From: Phycisphaera mikurensis NBRC 102666 | Lineage (GTDB): Bacteria > Planctomycetota > Phycisphaerae > Phycisphaerales > Phycisphaeraceae | Direction: 5' to 3' | NCBI RefSeq assembly: GCF_000284115.1 | Contig: NC_017080.1 | Coordinates: forward strand, 2,100,001-2,132,000 | DNA: 32,000 nt | Part shown: positions 8,475-17,889 of the stretch, piece by piece | Numbering within the stretch: position 1 is the first letter of the stretch | Layout: each line of letters begins with the position of its first letter | Position numbers and translations under genes: made by a program | Notes under the pieces: model-generated | Database searches by the model: none | Seen by the model: the letters and a program-made list of their open reading frames with translations, nothing else | Told to the model about the DNA's origin: nothing

Positions 8475-10376
8475 TCAGCCGCCCGCGGGCTCACCGCCGA
8501 AGTCCCAGGTCTGCAGAAGCTCGCCGGAGGCGCTCCTGAGTTCGATGAAGTCGATCTCGGTCGTACCGGGCTTCCGCGCGGGATCGATGCGGAGCGAGCG
8601 GAGCTCGCCGGCGACCGGCAGCATGACCGTTGCGTCGGTCCACGCGCCGTCTGCCTGGAAGTCGAAGGTGACGCCCCGCCCGCGGTAGCCGCCGGCCGCG
8701 GCACTCGACCAGAATGCCTCGCCTACGGAAACGCCGCCGGTGTTGGACCGCAGCCGGATCCGCACCGAGACCGGACCGCCCGAGGCGGAGACTTCGGAGG
8801 TCAGCAGACCGGGGTCACCGGCGGTCCCGGTGACCCGCAGCACCCCATCGCCCGTGGACAGGGACGTGGATGGCAGTGCGACCCAGCCGGCCACGGCGGA
8901 GGACTCTCGCGCCGCCCGCTCTTCCGCGAGCGTCGGGTCGTAGGCGGGGTTCTTCGGGGGGACGGGCGTGCCCGTCGCTTCCAGGTGCTCGGCGATCATC
9001 GCGTCCAGTTCGGCCACCAGCGCCGGATGGTCCGCGGCGAGGTTCTTGGTCTCGCCGATGTCGTCGGCGAGGTTGTAGAGCTCGAAGCCGTACGCGCCCT
9101 CCACCTCCCCCGTGTAGAGCCGGATGAGCTTCCAGTCGCCGCGGATGACGGCGGAGGCCGAGACGTTCTCCGTCGCCGCCACGTAGTGCGGGAAGTGGAA
9201 GAAGGTGGCGTCGCGGACGGGCTCGCCGCGCTTGAGCACCGGCACCAGGCTCTTGCCGTCGAACTGCGCGGAGGCGGGCTTATCGAGGCCGGCCATCTCC
9301 AGGATCGTCGGGTAGACGTCGATGCTGTTGACCAGCGCGTCGGAGACGGCGCCGCCCTCCGCGACGCCCGGCCAGCGGATGATCACCGGCACGCGGATGC
9401 CGCCCTCGCCGATGTGGCCCTTGCCGTAGGCGAGCGGGGTGTTGTTCGTGGGCGTGGTGCCGTCAACCTGGTCGTACATGTTCCCGCCGTTGTCGCTCCA
9501 GTAGACGATGATCGTGTCCTCGGCGATGCCCAGCTCCTCGAGCCGGTCGAGCACGCGGCCGAGGTTCGTGTCCATCGTCTCGATCATCGCCGCCATCGTC
9601 GGCGACTCCTGCAGCCCGCGCGGATCGGACTTGCCGCGATACTTTTCGACGATCTTCGGCTTGGCCTGGAATGGAGCGTGAACGTCGTAGAACCAGAGAT
9701 TCAGGAGGAAGGGTTTGCCGCCGGCGTGGCTCTGCTCCATGAAGTCGAGGGCCTCGTCGGTGATGGCGTCGTCGATGTGCGTGCCGGCGGGCCGCTGGGG
9801 CAGCGTGTCCGACACCCACGGCGCAAAGAAACCTCCAGGCGGGCCGGGGTTGCCGCGGCCGCCGACCACCCGTTCGAAGCCGTGCAGCTCGGGGTGGTGC
9901 GGCGGAAGGCCCAGGTGCCACTTGCCCATGAAGGCGGTGGCGTAGCCCGCCCTCTGGAACGTGGTCCCGTACGTGTCGGCATCATCGGGGAGGAAGCGAG
10001 CGCTCTCCGGCACGAGGTACGCCTGGTTGGGGTTGCCGGTCTTGCCGTACAGCGGCGTCCCCTCCGGCAGCGGCGGCAGGTGCCCGGCGGGCGCGGTCAT
10101 CCCCAGCCGGTGCGGGTACTTGCCGGTCAGGATCGACAGCCGCGTCGGCGAGCACAACGGGCTGGCGGAGTAGCCGCGGGTGAAGCGAACCCCCGAGGCC
10201 GCGAGTCGGTCGATCTGCGGGGTTTCGTAGTACTCGCTGCCCTGGACGCCGGCGTCCATCCAGCCCTGGTCGTCGGGCACGACGACGATCACGTTGGGAC
10301 GTTCAGCCGCCTCGGCCGGAGCCAGCGAGCAGAGGATGACGCAGAGGCTCAGGACGAGGCGGTTCAGGACAGGCAT
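8475..10376 (-). CDS. Type I sulfatase with about 138-aa C-terminal extension
   Basis: MPVLNRLVLSLCVILCSLAPAEAAERPNVIVVVPDDQGWMDAG...ASPLCSPTRLSILTGKYPHRLG...GYATAFMGKWHLG. Stop TGA is complement of tca at 8475-8477, so the gene is on the minus strand (the track says +). Confidence 0.93.
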   Translation of the reverse strand: MPVLNRLVLSLCVILCSLAPAEAAERPNVIVVVPDDQGWMDAGVQGSEYYETPQIDRLAASGVRFTRGYSASPLCSPTRLSILTGKYPHRLGMTAPAGHLPPLPEGTPLYGKTGNPNQAYLVPESARFLPDDADTYGTTFQRAGYATAFMGKWHLGLPPHHPELHGFERVVGGRGNPGPPGGFFAPWVSDTLPQRPAGTHIDDAITDEALDFMEQSHAGGKPFLLNLWFYDVHAPFQAKPKIVEKYRGKSDPRGLQESPTMAAMIETMDTNLGRVLDRLEELGIAEDTIIVYWSDNGGNMYDQVDGTTPTNNTPLAYGKGHIGEGGIRVPVIIRWPGVAEGGAVSDALVNSIDVYPTILEMAGLDKPASAQFDGKSLVPVLKRGEPVRDATFFHFPHYVAATENVSASAVIRGDWKLIRLYTGEVEGAYGFELYNLADDIGETKNLAADHPALVAELDAMIAEHLEATGTPVPPKNPAYDPTLAEERAARESSAVAGWVALPSTSLSTGDGVLRVTGTAGDPGLLTSEVSASGGPVSVRIRLRSNTGGVSVGEAFWSSAAAGGYRGRGVTFDFQADGAWTDATVMLPVAGELRSLRIDPARKPGTTEIDFIELRSASGELLQTWDFGGEPAGG

Positions 10377-10474
10377 GAAGCAAACGCTCGGGGCGTCGGG
10401 GGGAGGTGCCGGCGATCGCGGGTGCCGGGGGTACGAAGAAGGGGCTGAAAGGGGCGGAGGAGCAGCTCGGGTCC

Positions 10475-11161
10475 TCAGGCGGTGCAGCGACGTTTCATCA
10501 GCGCGAGCGCTCCAAGGGACAGCAAGCTCACCGCTCCGGGTTCTGGAGCCGGTGCGGTGTCGGTCACCGTGATGAAGTCGACCTCGAACGTGCTTCCACT
10601 CGCGGGCGAGGCGTCGCCCGGCAGCGACCCGATCGGATCGATGCGGAGGTTGTTCACGCCGCCATTGGGCTTCATTGCGTTGAACGGCTCCAGGTCCACC
10701 GTCACGGTGTAGAAACCATCCCCGGAAGCCACGCTCGTGAACAGCGGAGCATCGGCGGCTTTGTTGGCGTCGATCGTGGTGGCGCTGCGGAGCCCGTGGT
10801 TGACGATCACCAGCAGCCCGTTGAAGTTGAACGTCTCGATCACCTTCCCCGCGGGGTCGGTTTCCCGGACCCGAAACGTCAAAGCGTCCCACCGGGCGTC
10901 GGCGGCCCGGGTGAAGGGAGCGGCTTTGTTCGGCAGGAAGAGGAACGGGTCATTGTTCGCTGCGGACACCGGCATCCCGGCCGTGCCGACCAGCATTCCT
11001 CCGTCCGCGGCGAAGTGATCGACGGTGTTGCTTGCCGTCCATCCCAAGGTGTTGCCCGCGGACTCGAACTGAAAGTCCGCCACAGTTTCGGCGCTTGCGG
11101 TGCCCGACAGAGAACACAAGGCGGCGGGAGCGACCAGGCAGCGTTGGAGGCGTTTCATCAT
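10475..11161 (-). CDS. Secreted PEP-CTERM sorting domain protein
   Basis: Signal peptide (MMKRLQRCLVAPAALCSLSGTASA) and C-terminal PAPEPGAVSLLSLGALALMKRRCTA. Confidence 0.85.
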   Translation of the reverse strand: MMKRLQRCLVAPAALCSLSGTASAETVADFQFESAGNTLGWTASNTVDHFAADGGMLVGTAGMPVSAANNDPFLFLPNKAAPFTRAADARWDALTFRVRETDPAGKVIETFNFNGLLVIVNHGLRSATTIDANKAADAPLFTSVASGDGFYTVTVDLEPFNAMKPNGGVNNLRIDPIGSLPGDASPASGSTFEVDFITVTDTAPAPEPGAVSLLSLGALALMKRRCTA

Positions 11162-11247
11162 TTGGGGAGGGGGGGGATGGCGTTGCTTCCAGTCAACGCT
11201 GCCGCGGATGGGCGGAAGATCAAGCGACTGCCGAGGTCGCCACGCCG

Positions 11248-11276
11248 AGTTTAGCGGTACGTACCAGAATGTTCAA
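11248..11276 (-). promoter_or_regulatory. Putative promoter for the 11161->6099 operon with operator site B (GGTACGTACC, 11256-11265)
   Basis: On the minus strand: TTGAAC (11276-11271), 17-nt spacer, TAAACT (11253-11248). The perfect palindrome lies in the spacer next to the -10. Confidence 0.55.
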
Positions 11277-11439
11277 TGGGCATGCATGGGTGACTTCCAT
11301 CCGGCGGCACCACGGGGTCGGAAGCTCCAAGGTACGCATCGGCATCGGTTCGAATTGAGACCGAGACAAGCGGCAGATTCGACACCATCAGCCCCATCTC
11401 GGCCTGCGGGCAAAAGGGCCTGCGATCGCTTGGGAGGGA

Positions 11440-11468
11440 TTGACTCGACAGCTCGCACGGTATAGACT
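11440..11468 (+). promoter_or_regulatory. Putative promoter for 11613 gene with operator site C (GGTATAGACT, 11459-11468)
   Basis: TTGACT (11440-11445), 17-nt spacer, TAGACT (11463-11468). The motif overlaps the -10. Confidence 0.55.
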
Positions 11469-11612
11469 GAGAGAGCAAACGCTGGTGGCCCAACTGCCCG
11501 ATGGGCTGCGCCTGACCTTCGTCGTCTCTCGCCCCTGCTTCCTTCCGCGGCTGTCCCCGATCGTCGGGTCCCGTCCGCCGCCTTCTCCCCGGTTTCTGGA
11601 GTCAAGAACCTC

Positions 11613-12356
11613 ATGCTGCTCGCATCCGACACGTCCCTCACGCCCCGCGCAGCCGTCGCGGTCGCCTTCGCCTGCGTGACCACCACCGCATCACTGCCGG
11701 CCGCGGCGGTCACCTTTTTCACCGACTTCGGCCGCAACGACGGCGTCGCGGGTGTGGATTCGCTTGAGGATCCGGCGACTGTTTTCAACAACACCGCCCG
11801 GACCGGCACCCTCACCTACGACGTCAGCGCGCTCGGCCTCGGCGGCACGGCGGCGACGTTGCAGATGGACGTCACCTCCTCGACCGCTGCCGCACCCGGT
11901 GAGCCCAATCGAGGCCTCCTCGGCAACGGCGGCACCAGCGGGATCTCGATCTTCGGTGGGGCGAACAGCAGCTGGTGGGACGCTGGCGGAACCGCCAGCA
12001 CGGGAGAGCCGCTGGTGTTCACGCTGTCGCTGCGGGATGGCGGCGGCGCGGACGTGACCGCGAACTACGAGGTCGACCTGATCGGCGTGGAGCTGCGTGG
12101 CAACAACACCACGGGATCGGCGACGTTCAATGGCAGCACCGTCTCGATCTCCGCGGCCGCAAGCGCAACGCCCGTCTTCTCCACCTTCGCGGTGGCGACC
12201 GGCGAAACCAGCGAGCTGGTGGTCAACGCTTCACGGCTCAACGACTCGGTCGCCCAGCTGGCGGCGTTCGAGTACAGCATCGAGATTCCTGAGCCTGCCT
12301 CGCTCGGCCTGGTCGGGGTCGGGGGTCTCGCGCTGCTCGGCCGCCGACGGGGCTGA
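11613..12356 (+). CDS. Secreted PEP-CTERM sorting domain protein
   Basis: N-terminal hydrophobic/signal region and C-terminal EIPEPASLGLVGVGGLALLGRRRG. Confidence 0.85.
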   Translation: MLLASDTSLTPRAAVAVAFACVTTTASLPAAAVTFFTDFGRNDGVAGVDSLEDPATVFNNTARTGTLTYDVSALGLGGTAATLQMDVTSSTAAAPGEPNRGLLGNGGTSGISIFGGANSSWWDAGGTASTGEPLVFTLSLRDGGGADVTANYEVDLIGVELRGNNTTGSATFNGSTVSISAAASATPVFSTFAVATGETSELVVNASRLNDSVAQLAAFEYSIEIPEPASLGLVGVGGLALLGRRRG

Positions 12357-12379
12357 GCCTCACGCTTGTGGGCCGGCGT

Positions 12380-12401
12380 GCGCCCGGTGTCTTTCGGGCG
12401 C
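12380..12401 (+). terminator. Possible terminator hairpin downstream of the 11613 gene
   Basis: GCGCCCG-gtgtcttt-CGGGCGC perfect 7-bp stem starting 24 nt after the stop. No clear U-tract. Confidence 0.3.
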
Positions 12402-13141
12402 CTGAGATGGACCGCCTCGCGTCCGGATGGGGGCTTCGGCACGCGGTCGCCGGTTCCCATTCAGAAGTTTCCAGGCGCCGCTCCTGAAGGAGTGTCGCCT
12501 ATTTTCGCCGATGGCTTCGGAAGTGCTCGCGCCGAGTGCGTCCGTTTCCCTGCCGACCGCCGCTTCCGTTCTGGTGGAAGGGTTCGAGCGGAGACTCAAG
12601 AACCAGCGGCAGTGGACCCATCGACACGTTGCTCGGGCAGAGCGGCGGGCCGCTCGATCGCGGTGGAGATCACGCGGGAGCCCGGCCTTCTTCTGGGGAG
12701 GAAAGCCTTCCGCCAGCTTCCGCCTTCTCAACGACCGGCGTGTGGATCAGGGCCACCGCCCTGACGAGCCGTCGCCATCGGCGGCGAGGGACCGGCAGGG
12801 GTGAAGGCTGACCGCTCTACACGCTGGAACCCTTCGGGCGGCACGTCAGGGCGGTGGCCGTGATCTGCATGCTGCCGGCTCGTGCGAGCTTCCTGTGCGG
12901 TGCCGAGGCAGCCGCCGTGGTCGAGGAAGTCGATGCAGAAGCGTCCCGCATCCTGATCCATTCCTCATGCGGCCCATGCCGTCGCCTGAATCGGCTGATG
13001 CCTCCCACGGAGCGGCACGGCGAGATCGCCACGCTTCGTGAAGAAGCGGCAGGAGCACCCGCGGACGGCAGCCTTCGCACGGCAGATTCAGCAACGGTCC
13101 GCGGGATCCCGTGCCACCGTTGCAAATGGCCGCTTCGGACC

Positions 13142-14923
13142 TCATCGGTCCGCAGGAACCACGGTCGGGTTGAGCCAGAGGCCCTGGTCGCCGCCGCCGT
13201 TCCCGAGACCATCCACGCGGAGGCCGAGGCGGAGCGGCTCGCCGTCGACGGCGGCCAGCGGCAGCGAGAAAGGCTGCGAGCCTGGCCGCCGCAGCGTTGC
13301 CTCCCAGAGCAGGTCGTCGCCGGAGAGGATGGCGAAGCGGAGGCCGTTGATCGACGCGACCTTCAGATCGACCGCTCCCGTCAGGCGGGGGCTTGGGCCC
13401 GGTGCCGCGATGTCGAACGTCGCGGTGGACACGCCTCCGCCGCCGGGCGGGTGGTGGTAGAGCGCGGGAAGCACGCCATCGGTGGTGGCGGCCAGGTCGA
13501 GCGACCAGGCGAGTGCGTCGCTCACGGTGGCGCGGGCGTCGCCCCGGCCGAGCCCGACCGACCTCGGCAGCACCGTGGCGCCCGGCGCCCACTGGGGAGC
13601 GTGCTCGGGGAAGGGGCCGGGCCGGGGCTCCGCCAGGGCGAGAGCCTCCGCGGGCAGGTGCTCTTGCGCGGTCCGGTAGACCGCCGGCCAGGCGTCCGTG
13701 CCGGCGGCGGCGAAGACCCGGTGCAGCGGCCGGGCCCGTTGCGGCACGCTGGGCGCGTCCGCGTCGGGATCCTCGGTCCACAGGCCCAGCTTCAGGCCGT
13801 GCTCGCCGCGGTGGTCGACGTGGCGGTGGTAGATGAAGGCGTCGATGCCCGGCATCCGCTCGATCCGCTGCCAGGCCAGCGCGAAGGCCATCGCCTGGAG
13901 GTCTTCGGACTGCGCCGTGTCGCCCGCGTCGAGGCCCTGCTCGGAGAGGATGACCCGCCGCGGCTGGCCGCCGACCCGCAGCGGAGGCCGCTGGAGGTAC
14001 GCCATCAGCACCTCGAGGTTCTTGAATGTGATGAACGGCGTGTCGTGCCCGAACATGGCCCACGGGTCGTCCCAGAAGCGGGCGTCGCGGAGGTTCTTCG
14101 GGTAGGGGTGGTAGGCGACATCGAAGGGCACGCCGCCGGCGGCCTCGGTGAGTTCCACCACCCGGTCCAGGAGGAAGCGGCCGCCGGTGAAGCGCAGCGG
14201 GTCCGGCTGGAGGCGCGTGTCCCAGACGTGGTCCAGCGAGGTGTAGATCCGCACCTCCGGCTGCTCGGCGGAGGCGGCGATCCAAGCCCTCCGCAGCTCC
14301 TCGGCGTGCTGCCGGGCGACCTCCTCCTCGGTCGCCTCGCCCATGTTGTGCCAGATCCAGTGCGAGGGGATCTCGTTGCCGACGACGTACCCGGCAATGT
14401 GGCCGTGCGGTGAAGCGGGATCGCCGTAGCGGCGGGCCATGAAGGCGAAGAAGGCGTCGAACCACGATCGCCCCTCGGCGGAGGCGAGGTTGAAGGCCCC
14501 CAAGCGGTTCGGAGCCCGCTGAACGTCGGTGTCCGGGTGCAGCAGGGGCGACCCGTTGGCCTCCGCTTCCGCCGACACCGGATTCAACACCACCGCCGTG
14601 ACCTTGACGCCGCGCCGGTTGAGCGCCCGGACCTCCTCGTCAAGTTCCCGCACGGCGGCGGGGCGGAAGCGGCGTGGACCCAGCGGCGTGTCCACCGAGA
14701 AGCGGGGGTCTGTGGAGCCAGCACTCCGGAGGTCGAGCAGCCGGTGCAGGATCAGGTTGATCGTGACGTGCTCGACGCCGATCGCCGGGAGGTCGTCGAG
14801 GTCGACCGGGACCGTCACGCCCTTCTCCAGCGGCGTCTCACGCGCCTCCGCCGCGGCGGAAAGAGGCGGCAGCGTCGCGAGGCAGGAGGCGGCGAGCAGG
14901 ATCAGGAAGAGGCGGTGAAGCAT
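13142..14923 (-). CDS. DUF5722-like secreted protein (glycosidase-like TIM barrel)
   Basis: Signal peptide, HITGYVVGNEIPSHWIWHNMGEA-like region (GHIAGYVVGNEIPSHWIWHNMGEA), PRRVILSEQGLD, IDAFIYHRHVDHRGEHGLKLGLW. Clear paralogue of 26758..28848. Confidence 0.8.
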   Translation of the reverse strand: MLHRLFLILLAASCLATLPPLSAAAEARETPLEKGVTVPVDLDDLPAIGVEHVTINLILHRLLDLRSAGSTDPRFSVDTPLGPRRFRPAAVRELDEEVRALNRRGVKVTAVVLNPVSAEAEANGSPLLHPDTDVQRAPNRLGAFNLASAEGRSWFDAFFAFMARRYGDPASPHGHIAGYVVGNEIPSHWIWHNMGEATEEEVARQHAEELRRAWIAASAEQPEVRIYTSLDHVWDTRLQPDPLRFTGGRFLLDRVVELTEAAGGVPFDVAYHPYPKNLRDARFWDDPWAMFGHDTPFITFKNLEVLMAYLQRPPLRVGGQPRRVILSEQGLDAGDTAQSEDLQAMAFALAWQRIERMPGIDAFIYHRHVDHRGEHGLKLGLWTEDPDADAPSVPQRARPLHRVFAAAGTDAWPAVYRTAQEHLPAEALALAEPRPGPFPEHAPQWAPGATVLPRSVGLGRGDARATVSDALAWSLDLAATTDGVLPALYHHPPGGGGVSTATFDIAAPGPSPRLTGAVDLKVASINGLRFAILSGDDLLWEATLRRPGSQPFSLPLAAVDGEPLRLGLRVDGLGNGGGDQGLWLNPTVVPADR

Positions 14924-14947
14924 GGGAAGCGGAAGAGGGAGGAGGGT

Positions 14948-16027
14948 TCAGCGGCGGGGCGGGGCGACGCTCTCCCGCTCCACCAGCACCGGGCGGATGA
15001 CGCGGAGCAGGTCGTCGTCGGCGGGCTCACCCTCGCGCAGCAGCAGCCCGATGGCCGCGTCGACGTGGTCGCGGATGCGGCAATCCAGCGCCGTCATCGC
15101 CAGCGGCTGGAAGGCGCAGCGGTCCGTGCCGCCGTTGGCGACGATCGAGAGGTCCCGCGGGAGCGAGAGCCCGGCCCGGGTCGCGCCGCCGGCGACCGCG
15201 TACGCCACCTCCTCGCCGATCGCCACCAGCGCCGTGGGGTGCTCCCGCTTGCGGCGGAAGCGCGCGAGCGTGGCGCGGAAGGTGGCCTCCTCCAGCGACT
15301 CGCCCGCGGCGGGTCGGGGTCGGAGCACGTCTGTCTGCAGCTCGGACCGGTTGCGCACGCCCTCCATCGCCCGGACCCAGTGCTGGACCTGGATCTCCAG
15401 CGTCGGCGAGCCGGCACCGCCTTCCTGAGCGACCAGCCCGATGCGGCGGTGGCCGGCTTCGACCAGGTGCTGCACGCACAGCCGTGCGCCAAGCTCGTCG
15501 TCGCCGACGACCGAGCGCACGCCGGCGTGGTCGAGGCGTACCCCCAGCGAGGCGCAGGTCGACCTCGAGCGGACCATCGCCTGCCGCACCTCGTTGAGCG
15601 GGTTCGCCTGCGCGCCGATGACCAGCGAGGGCTCCTGCGTGCCGATCGCAGCGACCGCGAGGTGCTCGTCGCCGGGCATCATGCGGACGATCCTTGGGTC
15701 CCGGCCGTGGGCGTGCGCCGCCCGCACGCCGTCCTGGACGAACGCGGACGCCTGGGCGGAGTCGGTCGGCCCGTAGATCAGCGACAGCCGGCTGCCGACC
15801 CGCTCCGCCTCGACCCCGGGCCGGACGTAGAAGCCGCGGGGTTTGCGCTTCTCCACGAGCCCGTTCACCGCCAGCCGGGTGACCGCCTGCCGCACGGTGT
15901 TGCGGTGGAAGCCGTAGGTGCTGGACAGCTCGCGCTCGGTCGGCAACCGGTCGCCGGGCCGCAGGTCCCCGGCCCGCAGCTTCTCCAACAGATCCTCGTA
16001 GACGACTTCGTGCTTGGCTCGACTCAT
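14948..16027 (-). CDS. GntR-family regulator with LacI/GalR-type sensor domain (AraR-like)
   Basis: MSRAKHEVVYEDLLEKLRAGDLRPGDRLPTERELSSTYGFHRNTVRQAVTRLAVNGLVEKRKPRG wHTH followed by a periplasmic-binding-like domain. Start at 16027 rather than 16168 of the track ORF. Confidence 0.92.
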   Translation of the reverse strand: MSRAKHEVVYEDLLEKLRAGDLRPGDRLPTERELSSTYGFHRNTVRQAVTRLAVNGLVEKRKPRGFYVRPGVEAERVGSRLSLIYGPTDSAQASAFVQDGVRAAHAHGRDPRIVRMMPGDEHLAVAAIGTQEPSLVIGAQANPLNEVRQAMVRSRSTCASLGVRLDHAGVRSVVGDDELGARLCVQHLVEAGHRRIGLVAQEGGAGSPTLEIQVQHWVRAMEGVRNRSELQTDVLRPRPAAGESLEEATFRATLARFRRKREHPTALVAIGEEVAYAVAGGATRAGLSLPRDLSIVANGGTDRCAFQPLAMTALDCRIRDHVDAAIGLLLREGEPADDDLLRVIRPVLVERESVAPPRR

Positions 16028-16065
16028 GAGAACAGTGTCCCCTTGGACCCGGTCGGGGCCACGGG

Positions 16066-16097
16066 TTGTCCGGGGGAACAGGCTACGGTACATACCA
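16066..16097 (+). promoter_or_regulatory. Putative promoter for isomerase-like gene with operator site D (GGTACATACC, 16087-16096)
   Basis: TTGTCC (16066-16071), 17-nt spacer, TACATA (16089-16094), with the motif covering the -10. It lies between the divergent regulator and isomerase-like genes. Confidence 0.55.
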
Positions 16098-16179
16098 GAT
16101 GGGGTTCGCGGGCTGCGGGTAAGGTCCCGACACGCCGCATCAAGGCGGCCCCACGCCGCGTCCACCATTCTTCACCGCC

Positions 16180-17628
16180 ATGATCCGCTCTTCCTCAGCG
16201 TTCTCCCGCCCGCTCAAGCTCGGCCTCTTCGGCATCGGGCTGGAGGCTTACTGGTCGCAGTTCGACGGGCTCGAGGAGCGGCTCCGCGGGTACCTGGGCC
16301 GGGTGGAGGAGAAGCTGGGGCGGGACGGCGTGGAGGTCGTGAACCTCGGGCTGGTGGACACGCCCGAGAAGGCGGTGGACGCGGGGCACGGCTTCCGCGA
16401 GGCGGACGTGGACCTCGTCTTCCTGCACGTCACGACGTACGCGCTCTCGAACACGGTGCTCCCGGTGGTGCGCCGGGCCGGCGTGCCGGTGGTGCTGCTG
16501 AACCTGCAGCCGGAGCGGGCGATCGACTACGCCAGCTTCAACGCGATGGGCGACCGGACGGCGATGACCGGCGAGTGGCTCGCCAGCTGCGCCGCCTGCC
16601 CGGTGCCCGAGATCGCCAACGTCTTCCGCCGCTGCGGCATCGGCTTCCACCAGGTCACCGGCACGCTGGAGGACGACCCCGCGTGCTGGGACGAGGTGGA
16701 CGACTGGGTGGAGGCCGCCCGCGTGAAGCACGCGATGGAGCACAACCGCCTGGGGTTGATGGGCCACTACTACAACGGGATGCTCGACATCCAGACCGAC
16801 CTCACCGGGCAGCTGGCCGCCTTCGGCGGGCACCTGGAGATCGTCGAGCCCGAGGAAGTCGTCGCGCTGCGCGAGGGGGTCGGGGACGACGCGGCGCGCG
16901 AGCGGGTCGGGCGGTTCGGCGAGGTGTTCGAGGTCGCCGAGGGCTGCAGCGAGGAGGAGCTGACCCGCGCCGCGAGGACGTCGCTCGCGCTGGACGCGCT
17001 GGTGGAGGAGCGGCGGCTCGGCTCGCTCGCGTACTTCTTCCACTCGGTGCCCGGCCACCCCAACGAGGACCTGGTCACCTCGATCATCCTGGGCTGCTCG
17101 CTGCTCACCGCCAGCGGCGTGCCCGTCGCCGGCGAGTACGAGGTGAAGAACGCCCAGGCGATGAAGATCCTCGACCTCCTGGGCGTCGGCGGCAGCTTCA
17201 CCGAGTACTACGCCGTGGATTACGACGACGACGTGGTGCTGATGGGCCACGACGGCCCCGGCCACCTCGCCATCGCCGAGGGGAAGGCGAAGGTCAAGCC
17301 GCTGGAGGTCTACCACGGCAAGGTCGGCCGCGGGCTGTCGATCGAGATGAGCGTGAAGAACGGCCCGGTGACGCTGCTCTCGGTGGTGGAGACCGGGGAA
17401 GGGGGCCTGAAGCTGCTGTGCGCCGAGGCCGAGTCCGTCGCGGGGCCGATCCTGGAGATCGGCAACACCAACAGCCGGTACCGCTTCCCGATCGGCGCCC
17501 GCGCCTTCGTCAACGCCTGGAACGCCGAGGGCCCGGCCCACCACTGCGCGATCGGCACCGGTCACGTGGCCGGCCGGATCCGCAAGCTCGGCGAGCTGCT
17601 GGGCCTGCCGGTCGTCAAGGTGTGCTGA
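16180..17628 (+). CDS. L-fucose/L-arabinose isomerase-like protein
   Basis: 482 aa; PLKLGLFGIGLEAYWSQFDGLEERLRGYLGRVEEKL..., IGFHQVTGTLEDD, CSLLTASGVPVAGEYEVKNAQAMKILDLLG, MGHDGPGHLAIAEGK, FPIGARAFVNAWNAEGPAHHCAIGTGH, consistent with the sugar isomerase superfamily. Confidence 0.85.
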   Translation: MIRSSSAFSRPLKLGLFGIGLEAYWSQFDGLEERLRGYLGRVEEKLGRDGVEVVNLGLVDTPEKAVDAGHGFREADVDLVFLHVTTYALSNTVLPVVRRAGVPVVLLNLQPERAIDYASFNAMGDRTAMTGEWLASCAACPVPEIANVFRRCGIGFHQVTGTLEDDPACWDEVDDWVEAARVKHAMEHNRLGLMGHYYNGMLDIQTDLTGQLAAFGGHLEIVEPEEVVALREGVGDDAARERVGRFGEVFEVAEGCSEEELTRAARTSLALDALVEERRLGSLAYFFHSVPGHPNEDLVTSIILGCSLLTASGVPVAGEYEVKNAQAMKILDLLGVGGSFTEYYAVDYDDDVVLMGHDGPGHLAIAEGKAKVKPLEVYHGKVGRGLSIEMSVKNGPVTLLSVVETGEGGLKLLCAEAESVAGPILEIGNTNSRYRFPIGARAFVNAWNAEGPAHHCAIGTGHVAGRIRKLGELLGLPVVKVC

Positions 17629-17705
17629 CCGCGGCAAGTCCGCGGACCGCCAAGGAAAACAGTCGGAGACCCCGACGGTCCGCGGATCCCGGGCGCCGGG
17701 AAAAT

Positions 17706-17726
17706 GGGGACGTCATCCGCGTCCCC
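17706..17726 (+). terminator. Possible terminator-like hairpin downstream of isomerase-like gene
   Basis: GGGGACG-tcatccg-CGTCCCC 7-bp perfect stem; no U-tract. Confidence 0.3.
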
Positions 17727-17758
17727 GAAAGGATCGACGAAACCAACGTCCCGACGAT

Positions 17759-17862
17759 GGGTGCCACGCCCCTTGGGGCGTGGCGTCATCCTTGCTCGAC
17801 CACCCCGCAAGCGGCGTGGCACCCGGGTTGGGAAGCGTCGCGTGTTGGAAGGACGCGGTCAG
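17759..17862. repeat. Hairpin-forming intergenic repeat, copy 1
   Basis: Arms 17759-17783 and 17800-17824 (22 of 25 complementary, terminal 12 bp GGGTGCCACGCC/GGCGTGGCACCC perfect), 16-nt loop, plus a conserved tail. Confidence 0.85.
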
Positions 17863-17889
17863 GCGCCGGGCGGGTCCCGCGGCGGGGGC

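Noticed and set aside
8475-10892. Supplied ORF track lists 8475..10892 (805 aa) on the + strand
   Set aside because: The listed protein is encoded on the minus strand: complement of 8475-8477 is the TGA stop and reverse complement of 8478-8530 reads ...ASGELLQTWDFGGEPAGG. I treat the '+' as a labelling error, and the true start is about 10376.
16195-17637. 480-aa minus ORF antisense to the isomerase-like gene
   Set aside because: Compositionally biased and without recognisable domains; the + strand frame has coherent enzyme motifs.
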